Part shown: positions 20,795 to 28,858 of the stretch, one piece after another
How the letters are laid out: the number at the start of each line of letters is the position of its first letter
Numbering within the stretch: the stretch's first letter is position 1
Origin: an uncultured Clostridium sp.
Lineage (GTDB): Bacteria > Bacillota > Clostridia > TANB77 > CAG-508
Direction of reading: 5' to 3'
NCBI GenBank assembly: GCA_948470605.1
Contig: CAOKPI010000006.1
Location: 85 to 64,084, forward strand
Length of the DNA stretch: 64,000 nt
Program-made: the position numbers and the translations under genes
The notes under the pieces: model-generated
The model's database searches: none
The model's input: the letters and a program-made list of their open reading frames with translations, nothing else
What the model was told of the DNA's origin: nothing

Positions 20795-20823
20795 TTGACA
20801 GAAACTTAAAATTATGTTAATAT
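20795..20823 (+). promoter_or_regulatory. SigA-type promoter of the His-leader / hisS-fusion operon
   Basis: TTGACA (20795-20800), 17 nt spacer, TGtTAATAT extended -10 (20815-20823). Confidence 0.65.
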
Positions 20824-20859
20824 ATAAACATATAAAAAATAGAAAAGAAGGAATTAATT

Positions 20860-20913
20860 ATGAAGTTAAGAATATTTTTAAACCAATTACATCATCATCG
20901 TAGGAGCTTGTAA
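20860..20913 (+). CDS. 17-aa leader peptide MKLRIFLNQLHHHRRSL with three consecutive His codons
   Basis: GAAGGA RBS 8 nt upstream; CAT CAT CAT at 20890-20898; followed by alternative hairpins and a terminator before the HisRS-fusion gene. Confidence 0.6.
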   Translation: MKLRIFLNQLHHHRRSL

Positions 20914-20927
20914 CTAGCATTTTTATG

Positions 20928-20957
20928 CGTAGGTACAGGCTAAAAACTGTACCTACG
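20928..20957 (+). promoter_or_regulatory. Leader hairpin (11 bp stem) with alternative pairing partners
   Basis: CGTAGGTACAG-gctaaaaa-CTGTACCTACG. The 3' arm CCTACGAT is also complementary to ATCGTAGG (20897-20904, overlapping the last His codon). It is also partly complementary to CTATTTGTAGG in the 5' arm of the terminator. Confidence 0.55.
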
Positions 20958-20989
20958 ATAGTTTAAAAATATTTAAGATAGATATACTT

Positions 20990-21037
20990 AAAAAGACTAT
21001 TTGTAGGAAATAAAATTTTTACAAATAGTCTTTTTTG
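20990..21037 (+). terminator. Leader (attenuator) terminator upstream of the HisRS-fusion gene
   Basis: AAAAGACTATTTGT-aggaaataaaattttt-ACAAATAGTCTTTT followed by TTTT, 65 nt before ATG 21102. Confidence 0.8.
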
Positions 21038-21101
21038 TGTATCTATTTTTGTTTAAAAATATTAAAACTTCATAATTAATAAAAAAAGAAAGGTGATTTA
21101 A

Positions 21102-23174
21102 ATGAAAAAGTTAGAATTAAAAAATGTAAAAGGTAGTTATGATTATGAAAGTAAAGATCAAATTATAAGAAATTATATCTCAGACACTTTAAGAGAAGTT
21201 TTTGAGAAATATGGGTACAAACCATTATCAACATCAATCTTATGTTATTATGATTTATTAGCTTTAAAATATGATGATGATAATGACATACTAAATGAAA
21301 TATATAAAGTAACAGACCAAGCCAAAAGAAATTTAGCATTAAGATATGATTTAACAGTATCATTTGCAAAATATATTGCAGTAAATAAAAACATAAATTT
21401 ACCATATAAAAGATATGAAATAGGAAAAGTATTTAGAGATGGTCCAGTAAAGCGAGGAAGAGTAAGAGAGTTTATTCAATGTGATGTAGATAGTGTAGGA
21501 ATAGAAGGGCAACTAATAGAAGCAGAACTAATTAGTTTATTTGTAGAAGGATATAGAAGATTAGGAATTGACATTATAATAAAATATAATAATAGAAAAA
21601 TTATGTCAGGGATAATTGAAATATGCAAAATTACAAAAGAAAAGATAAATCAAACAATAACAATAATTGATAAATTTGAAAAATTAACAAAAGAAGAAAT
21701 AAGATTAGAATTTGTAAAAATAGGGTTAGAAGAAGAACAAATAAATAATTTAATTAAATATTTAAATATGAACTTTGATGAAATTAAGGAAAAATTTGAA
21801 GGAATGCAAAATTTAGAATTACAAGAAGGAATAAAAGAAATAAATGAGTTAAATAAATATATAAAAAGTCTTAATTTAGATAACTATGTTCAATTTAAAG
21901 CAACACTTGCAAGAGGGCAAGAATATTATACAGGAACAGTATTTGAAGTTTATCAAACAAATGGAGATATAAAATCAAGCATTGGAGGTGGAGGAAGATA
22001 TGACAAAATGATAGGCAATTTTATAGGTGATGGCAAAAAATATCCAGCTGTTGGTATAAGTTTTGGACTAGATGTTATATTTGATATTTTGAAAGCAAAA
22101 GGAAATTTAAAAAATACAAATATAGATGTATATATAATTCCAATGCAAAACAAAATCCAAGCACTAAAAATTGCAACAGATTTAAGAAAACAAGATATAA
22201 ATGTAGATATTGAAATGAATAATAAAAAATTAAAAAAGGCATTAAATTATGCAAATATAGAAGAGATTCCATCTGTAATTATAATTGGAGATGATGAATT
22301 AAAAGAAGATAAAGTAATACTTAAAAATATGCAAACAGGTTCACAAATAAAAGTGAAAATCGAAGAAATAGCAAAAAATTTAAAAAATATAGATAAGAGT
22401 TTAAATTATAAAATATTAAATCCTGGAGGAAATAAAACAGCCATAGTTATAGGAAACGAGTATAGTAATGAAGATAAAAAGAAAATAAATGATAAAATTT
22501 TAAAAGAAAATCCAGATGTAGAACAAGTTGGATTTATAAGCAAAAAAGAAAACAAACTAGAAATGGCAGGAGGAGAATTTTGTATGAATGCAACAAGATG
22601 TGCAATATGGGAATATCTAAAAGGGGATTTAGGAGAAATAGAATTAAATGTTTCAGGTTGTAAAGAAAAAATAACAGGAGGAATAACAAAAGAAAAAGAG
22701 GTATATGTAAATATGCAAATAAACAAAAAAATGAGTGAAATTATAGAAAAAAACAACAAATTAAATTTTATAAAATTAGATGGAATATTATTAACTATAA
22801 TTGATGAAGAAAACTCAAAGAGATATATAGAAGAGTTAAAAAAAGATGAGGAAAAAGCGAAATTTAAATTAAAAGAAATAATGCAAACATTTGAAACATC
22901 TGAAAAAGCCTTAGGAATCATATTATTAGAAAAAGAAAAATCAAAAACTAAAATTAATCCTATAATTTGGGTAAAAACAATAGATACATTATATTATGAA
23001 ACAGCTTGTGGTAGTGGAAGTTTAGCAACAGCAATTTACAAGAATTATATAGAAGGAATAGAAAATTTAGAAATTATGCAACCATCAGGATATAGTATTA
23101 ATATAAACTTAAACCAAAAACAAGAATATATAGAAAATGCTATTATAACAGGAAAAGTAATCGAGGAGGAATAA
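21102..23174 (+). CDS. Histidine--tRNA ligase fused to a C-terminal CntK/HisR-like (DapF-fold) histidine racemase domain
   Basis: aa 1-~430: class II HisRS (FRDGPVKRGRVREFIQCD, LARGQEYYTG, GGGGRYD, anticodon-binding domain). aa ~433-690: NPGGNKTAIV, GGEFCMNATR (Cys codon 22581-22583), ETACGSGS (Cys codon 23007-23009). Confidence 0.75.
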   Translation: MKKLELKNVKGSYDYESKDQIIRNYISDTLREVFEKYGYKPLSTSILCYYDLLALKYDDDNDILNEIYKVTDQAKRNLALRYDLTVSFAKYIAVNKNINLPYKRYEIGKVFRDGPVKRGRVREFIQCDVDSVGIEGQLIEAELISLFVEGYRRLGIDIIIKYNNRKIMSGIIEICKITKEKINQTITIIDKFEKLTKEEIRLEFVKIGLEEEQINNLIKYLNMNFDEIKEKFEGMQNLELQEGIKEINELNKYIKSLNLDNYVQFKATLARGQEYYTGTVFEVYQTNGDIKSSIGGGGRYDKMIGNFIGDGKKYPAVGISFGLDVIFDILKAKGNLKNTNIDVYIIPMQNKIQALKIATDLRKQDINVDIEMNNKKLKKALNYANIEEIPSVIIIGDDELKEDKVILKNMQTGSQIKVKIEEIAKNLKNIDKSLNYKILNPGGNKTAIVIGNEYSNEDKKKINDKILKENPDVEQVGFISKKENKLEMAGGEFCMNATRCAIWEYLKGDLGEIELNVSGCKEKITGGITKEKEVYVNMQINKKMSEIIEKNNKLNFIKLDGILLTIIDEENSKRYIEELKKDEEKAKFKLKEIMQTFETSEKALGIILLEKEKSKTKINPIIWVKTIDTLYYETACGSGSLATAIYKNYIEGIENLEIMQPSGYSININLNQKQEYIENAIITGKVIEEE

Positions 23175-23178
23175 AAAT

Positions 23179-24198
23179 ATGAGTGCAAAAGATATTTTAA
23201 AAGATTTAGTAAAATTCAATACAGTAAAAGATAAAGACAATAAAGAAATAATTAGTTATATAGAGAAAATTTTAAAAAGTAAAGGATTTAAAACCGATTA
23301 TAAAAGCAAAGATTTAATAATGAGTATAAAAAATAAAAACACTTTAGGTTTTTTAGGTCATACAGACACAGTTGGGGCAGGTAACGACTGGAATACAAAT
23401 CCATTTGAACTAAAGGAAAGTAAAGGGAATTTATATGGACTAGGAACATGTGACATGAAAGGTGGAATTGCTGCTATTTTACAAGCAGTACTAGAAACAG
23501 ATTGGGAAAAATTAAAATATGGAATAAAATTATATTTTACTTATGATGAAGAAATCAATTTTTTAGGAATAAAAGAGATAATTCAAAAAAAAGAAAAATT
23601 TCCTGACAATATGATTATAGGAGAGCCAACAAATAATGCTATAATGAATGGAAGTAAAGGATTACTAGAACTAAAATTAGATTTTAATGGAATTTCAGCA
23701 CATTCAAGTATGCCATATGAAGGTGAAAATGCAATAGAAAAATGTATAGAATTTATAAATGAATTAAAAATCTTCTATAATCAATTAAAAGAAGATAAAA
23801 GTGATGTTTTTGAAATAGGATATACAACTATGAATATAGGAAAAATAGATGGAGGTAAAAGTATAAATATTGTTCCAAATAGTTGCAAAGTACTAATAGA
23901 TTTTAGAATTATAAAAGATGAGCATATAAATTTGATACTAAATAAAATTAACGAACTTACACAAAATTATAAGGGGAATTATGAAATAATAAACAATATA
24001 AAACCTTTTATAAATCAAGATGAAGATATTTATCCTACCAATTTTATAACAGAAGCTAGTTTTATAGATTCAAAAAATAGATATATTTTGGGTGGAGGAC
24101 CAATTAATCCACATGAAGCAAATGAATATATATCTAGAGATAGTTTAGAAAATTTAGTTAAGCAGTATAAAGAAATGATATGTAAATATTGCAATTAA
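23179..24198 (+). CDS. M20 family metallohydrolase (ArgE/DapE-like)
   Basis: GHTDTVGAG...NPF...LYGLGTCDMKGG metal-binding motifs; starts 4 nt after the fusion gene stop. Confidence 0.8.
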   Translation: MSAKDILKDLVKFNTVKDKDNKEIISYIEKILKSKGFKTDYKSKDLIMSIKNKNTLGFLGHTDTVGAGNDWNTNPFELKESKGNLYGLGTCDMKGGIAAILQAVLETDWEKLKYGIKLYFTYDEEINFLGIKEIIQKKEKFPDNMIIGEPTNNAIMNGSKGLLELKLDFNGISAHSSMPYEGENAIEKCIEFINELKIFYNQLKEDKSDVFEIGYTTMNIGKIDGGKSINIVPNSCKVLIDFRIIKDEHINLILNKINELTQNYKGNYEIINNIKPFINQDEDIYPTNFITEASFIDSKNRYILGGGPINPHEANEYISRDSLENLVKQYKEMICKYCN

Positions 24199-24284
24199 AA
24201 AATGTTTTGATACAAATTAAACTAATTATCCGCATTTGGTTGACAAGTGCGGGTAATTGGTTTAAAATAGATTTGGTGGTAAGT

Positions 24285-24827
24285 ATGATATATAATTATA
24301 AAGAAATTAAAGAGAAGTATAAAACTAATTATAAAATTAATAAAGCAATTAAAGATAAAGAGCTATATAAAATAGAAAAAAATATATATTCTGATACAAA
24401 AAATGTAAACTATTTAGAAATGATTTCAAAAAAATACCCAAATGCAATTTTCACAATGGATAGTGCATTCTATTTCCATAATCTAACGGATGTCATTCCA
24501 AGTAAAATAAATTTAGCTATTGAAAGAAATTCATCACGTATTAAAGATGAAAAAATAAATCAAGTTTTAACTATAAAAAAATTATTCGAAATTGGCAAGA
24601 TGCAAATGATTGTTGAAGGAGCTATTATTAATGTGTATGATAAAGAAAGAATGCTAATAGAATTAATCCGAAATAAAAATCAAATTGCTTTTGATTATTA
24701 TAAAGAAATTATTTCCAACTATAGAAAAATAATAAGTGACATAGATATAAGTAAAATTGAAGAATATATAGAGATATTCCCACATGAAGAGCATATATAT
24801 GAAACATTACAGAGAGAGGTGTTCTAA
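24285..24827 (+). CDS. Type IV TA system AbiEi family antitoxin-like protein
   Basis: ~180 aa, precedes the AbiEii gene and overlaps it (TAATG); LYKIEKNIYS / MDSAFYFHNLTD pattern typical of AbiEi. Confidence 0.65.
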   Translation: MIYNYKEIKEKYKTNYKINKAIKDKELYKIEKNIYSDTKNVNYLEMISKKYPNAIFTMDSAFYFHNLTDVIPSKINLAIERNSSRIKDEKINQVLTIKKLFEIGKMQMIVEGAIINVYDKERMLIELIRNKNQIAFDYYKEIISNYRKIISDIDISKIEEYIEIFPHEEHIYETLQREVF

Positions 24828-25648
24828 TGGATTTAAAAGAAATGAGACAAAGATACATAAATGAAGGATATGATTTTTTAGATGCATCAGCAAAAGTATG
24901 CCAAGATATACTTTTAGCTAAAATATCTAAAAGTGCATTAAATAGAAATATAACTATAAAAGGCGGAGTAGTAATGCACAATATTTCAAAAGATAGCAGA
25001 CGTGCTACCAGAGATTTAGACTTAGATTTTATCAAATATTCGTTAGATGATAAATCAATAAAAAATTTTATAGAAAAATTAAATTATCCCAAAACAGATA
25101 TAAGCATAAATATAATAGGTAAAATTGAAGAACTAAGTCATCAAGATTATAATGGAAAAAGAGTATATATTGAAGTTAAGGATAAAAAACATAATAAAAT
25201 TGAAACTAAATTAGACATAGGAGTACATAAAAACTTTGATATAGAACAAGATGAATGTTGTTTTGATTTAAACAATATAAATGAAAGTGTTACATTGTTA
25301 ATAAATTCAAAAGAACAAATTTTTACGGAAAAGTTAAAATCATTATTAAAATTTGGATTTGTTTCAACAAGGTATAAAGATATATTTGATTTCTATTATC
25401 TAATAAATAATGAAGATTTAAATAAAGATAAGTTACTTAAGTGCTTTCACACCTTTATATTTAGTGATGATACAATGAAAGAAGATAATTTAGAAGACAT
25501 ATTTAATAGACTAAAAAGAATATTACATAATAGAAATTACTTAAAAAATTTAAACACAGCTAAAAATAATTGGTTAGAACTACCAATAGAAGAAGTGATT
25601 AAAAGCGTATTAGATTATTTTGAGACATTGCAAGTTGCAGAAGTATAG
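24827..25648 (+). CDS. Nucleotidyltransferase AbiEii/AbiGii toxin family protein
   Basis: ITIKGGVVMHN...RATRDLDLDF matches the AbiEii NTase motif (LKGGTAL...R.S.DLDF). Confidence 0.75.
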   Translation: MDLKEMRQRYINEGYDFLDASAKVCQDILLAKISKSALNRNITIKGGVVMHNISKDSRRATRDLDLDFIKYSLDDKSIKNFIEKLNYPKTDISINIIGKIEELSHQDYNGKRVYIEVKDKKHNKIETKLDIGVHKNFDIEQDECCFDLNNINESVTLLINSKEQIFTEKLKSLLKFGFVSTRYKDIFDFYYLINNEDLNKDKLLKCFHTFIFSDDTMKEDNLEDIFNRLKRILHNRNYLKNLNTAKNNWLELPIEEVIKSVLDYFETLQVAEV

Positions 25649-25887
25649 GAGTATATTTTAAATATGTTCTTATTTTTTTGTTAAAATTAATTAGAATTTT
25701 TATAAGGATTTGAAACGAATATATATTTTTTACCATCAAATTAGATATAATAAACTTTTGGCAGATTTGTCAAAAAGTTCTAAGAAAATACAATATTTTT
25801 CTGAATGTAATTTGAAATAATTTACATAATTTGAACAAAATTCAAAAATATGGTAAAATATAAATATTAAAAAGGGGTGAGATAGTA

Positions 25888-28236
25888 GTGTTAGAGAATT
25901 TAGATAAAGAACAGCTAATACAAATTATTGAAAAATTAGAGAAAGAAAACAAAGAACTAAAAGAAAAAATATATGGAAAAGTAGAAGAAAAACAATCACC
26001 TAAAGAAAATAAAGTTATTTCTAATGAAGAAAAAGTAAAAATTTTTATGGAAGTATTTAAAGGAAGAACAGATTTATATGCAAAAAGATGGACAAGTAAT
26101 AAAACTGGAAAATCAGGATATTCACCAGTTTGTAAGAATGAATTTAGTGCATACAAATGTGATAAGCAAAGAGTAAAATGTAATGAATGTCCTTTTAGGG
26201 AACTAACACCATTAACAGAGGATATAATATTAAAGCATTTAAAAGGTAATATTACAATAGGGATATATCCATTATTACCAGGTGATTTATGCAATTTCTT
26301 AGCAATAGATTTTGATAAGAAAACCTATGAAAAAGATGTAACTGAATTTTGGAGTATATGTGATGAATTTGAGATTCCAGTTTATGTAGAAAGATCACAA
26401 TCAGGGAATGGAGTACATGTATGGATATTTTTTGAAAAAAGTATGCCAGCTAGAATTGCTAGAAAAATGGGGAATATATTATTAACTAAAACAATGGAAA
26501 AAGCAGCTTTAGATTTAGATTCGTACGACAGATTATTTCCAAATCAAGATATAATTCCAAAAGGAGGATTTGGAAATTTAATAGCATTGCCATTTCAAGG
26601 TGAAAGTAGTAAAAAAGGAAATACAGTTTTTGTAAATAAATATTTTGAAGTAGAGAAAAATCAAATAAATATTTTAAATAATATAAAAAGAATGAAAAGT
26701 GATGAAATATATTCATTTATTGATAAATACAAAGAAGATGATTATAAAGAACCTGATATAGAAGAAAGCTTAGAAGATGATGATGAAATACCTAAAAAGG
26801 AAAATATTAAAGATACAATATTTACTAACAATGTGGAGTGCATACTTGATAATCAAATATATATTAAGAAATTAAAATTATTACCAAATGAAATAACATA
26901 TTTAAAAAGACTAGCTAGTTTTACTAATCCAAAGTTTTATGAATTACAAAAACTAAGAATGCCGATATTTTATAAAACAACACCTAGAATAATAAGTTGT
27001 TTTGAAGAAGATGAAAGATTCTTAAAATTGCCAAGAGGACTAATAGATAAAGTTTTAGAAATATGTGAAAAAAGCAATGTTAAGTTAATAAAAAAAGACA
27101 CAAGAGAAAATGGAATTGAAACAAACTACAAGTTTAATGGAAAGTTAAATAATAAACAAGAAAAAGTAATGAAAGAATTACTAAAATATGATGTAGGAGT
27201 ATTGTGTGCTACAACAGGATTTGGAAAAACAGTGGTAGGAGCTAAAATTATTTCAGAATTAAAAACGAATACATTAGTTATAGTTAATAGAAACAATCTT
27301 TTAGAACAATGGAAAGAAAGATTATCATATTTTTTAGATATAAACAAAAAAGAAATAGGACAGATAGGAGCAAGTAAAGAAAAGCCAAATGGAAAATTAG
27401 ATGTAGCAAGTTTTCAATCTTTATTTAAAAAAGATAATCTAGAAGAATTAGTTAAAGATTATGGGTTAGTTATTGTAGATGAATGTCATCATGTTGCTGC
27501 ATATAGTTTCGAAAAAGTATTAAAAGCTGTAAGAAGTAAACATGTATATGGTTTAACTGCAACACCAACAAGAAAAGATGGATGGCATAAAATAATATAT
27601 ATGCAATGTGGTGATATAAGAGTTAGAGTATCTAATAAAGAATTAAAACAGAATAAAGAAATGGAACATACAGTAATTGTAAAAAAGACCAATTATAAAT
27701 ACATTCCAACTGAAGAAAAAGATAAAGTACAAATTTCAGAAATTCTTAATGACATGTGTCATAATCCTTTTAGAAATAGTATTATCATAGAGGATATAAA
27801 AATAGCTATAGAAGAAGGTAGAATTCCAATAGTTTTAACTGAAAGAGTAGAGCATCTAAAAATTTTAAAAGACAGTTTAGAAAGACTAGAAATACCAGTT
27901 GTTATATATAAAGGAAATATGGGAAAAAAGAAAACAAAAGAAATTCAAGATATTATAAAAGAAACAGATAAAAATAATAAATCAAGAATAATATTGGCGA
28001 CAAGTAGTTCTATAGGAGAAGGCTTTGATGATAGTAGGCTAGACACACTATTTTTAACAATGCCAGTTTCATGGAAAGGAAGAATTATACAATATGTAGG
28101 AAGATTGCATAGAGAACATGAAGATAAAGAGAAAGTAATAGTGTATGACTATTTAGATAATATGAAAGTTTTAGAAAAAATGTATAATAGAAGATTAAAA
28201 GGATATAAAATTGCAGGATATGAGATTATAGAGTAA
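25888..28236 (+). CDS. Archaeo-eukaryotic primase (prim-pol)-like domain fused to an SF2 DEAD/DEAH-type helicase
   Basis: N-terminal coiled coil; AEP motifs AIDFDKK (DxD) and SQSGNGVHVWIFF (sGxGxH), then GNLIALPFQG. Helicase motifs ATTGFGKT, VDECHH, GLTATPTRKDG, TSSSIGEGFD, QYVGRLHR. GTG start with GGGGTGAG RBS. Confidence 0.8.
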   Translation: MLENLDKEQLIQIIEKLEKENKELKEKIYGKVEEKQSPKENKVISNEEKVKIFMEVFKGRTDLYAKRWTSNKTGKSGYSPVCKNEFSAYKCDKQRVKCNECPFRELTPLTEDIILKHLKGNITIGIYPLLPGDLCNFLAIDFDKKTYEKDVTEFWSICDEFEIPVYVERSQSGNGVHVWIFFEKSMPARIARKMGNILLTKTMEKAALDLDSYDRLFPNQDIIPKGGFGNLIALPFQGESSKKGNTVFVNKYFEVEKNQINILNNIKRMKSDEIYSFIDKYKEDDYKEPDIEESLEDDDEIPKKENIKDTIFTNNVECILDNQIYIKKLKLLPNEITYLKRLASFTNPKFYELQKLRMPIFYKTTPRIISCFEEDERFLKLPRGLIDKVLEICEKSNVKLIKKDTRENGIETNYKFNGKLNNKQEKVMKELLKYDVGVLCATTGFGKTVVGAKIISELKTNTLVIVNRNNLLEQWKERLSYFLDINKKEIGQIGASKEKPNGKLDVASFQSLFKKDNLEELVKDYGLVIVDECHHVAAYSFEKVLKAVRSKHVYGLTATPTRKDGWHKIIYMQCGDIRVRVSNKELKQNKEMEHTVIVKKTNYKYIPTEEKDKVQISEILNDMCHNPFRNSIIIEDIKIAIEEGRIPIVLTERVEHLKILKDSLERLEIPVVIYKGNMGKKKTKEIQDIIKETDKNNKSRIILATSSSIGEGFDDSRLDTLFLTMPVSWKGRIIQYVGRLHREHEDKEKVIVYDYLDNMKVLEKMYNRRLKGYKIAGYEIIE

Positions 28237-28576
28237 AATATTTTTTTGGAATAAAGAGAAGTGGATATAAAAAAATCTTGAAAAGCTACAGCTATAAGCA
28301 AATAAAAAAATAGGGTGTTTATATTCCATTTTTAAAAAATATATAGTATAATATATCTGTGTTAAGAAATTGTCATTACATAGCATATGTAGTTGATACC
28401 ATCAAAATGGGTAAAGCTGATAAATCAGCAATTACTTTGTAAAAACAAAGGTAAAGTAGAAAACTTTGTGTTAGGACAAAGGTAAAAAGAGTAATATAAA
28501 AAAGCACAAAATTACTCCGCTTAAAAATATAACAAAGGGAGTATTGTGTCTAAAAGTAAATAATAGATGAATTACA

Positions 28577-28607
28577 ATAACAAGTAAAAATGCTTGTTAT
28601 TTTTTTC
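28577..28607 (+). terminator. Terminator separating the helicase region from the recombinase module
   Basis: ATAACAAG-taaaaatg-CTTGTTAT plus T6. Confidence 0.7.
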
Positions 28608-28640
28608 TACTTAAAAATAAAAGACAGGAGGTGTAAGAAA

Positions 28641-28784
28641 ATGATAGAAATTAAAAATAGTAATATTCAAAGAAATATAAGAAAAAGTGCATATATAGGA
28701 ATTTTAAACAAGCTAACAAAAGAAAATAAAATTACAAAAAATGAATATGAAAAAATCAAAAACAAAATCAACAAAAGATGCTAA
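28641..28784 (+). CDS. Small SHOCT-like protein (47 aa) preceding the recombinase
   Basis: AGGAGGTG RBS; C-terminal KITKNEYEKIKNKI resembles the SHOCT motif; weak assignment. Confidence 0.4.
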   Translation: MIEIKNSNIQRNIRKSAYIGILNKLTKENKITKNEYEKIKNKINKRC

Positions 28785-28858
28785 TAACTGTGAATTTGTA
28801 TTGAAAAAGAAATGTTTTTAATATATAATGAAACAGTAATCGGCAAGAAGGAGGTAAG

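Noticed and set aside
20700-21101. T-box riboswitch upstream of the HisRS-fusion gene (also checked upstream of alaS at 11680-11778)
   Set aside because: No AGAGA/GNUGGNA-type stem I features and no conserved T-box sequence (AAnnnGGGTGGTACCGCG-like) are visible. The leader contains a translatable His-codon mini-ORF instead.
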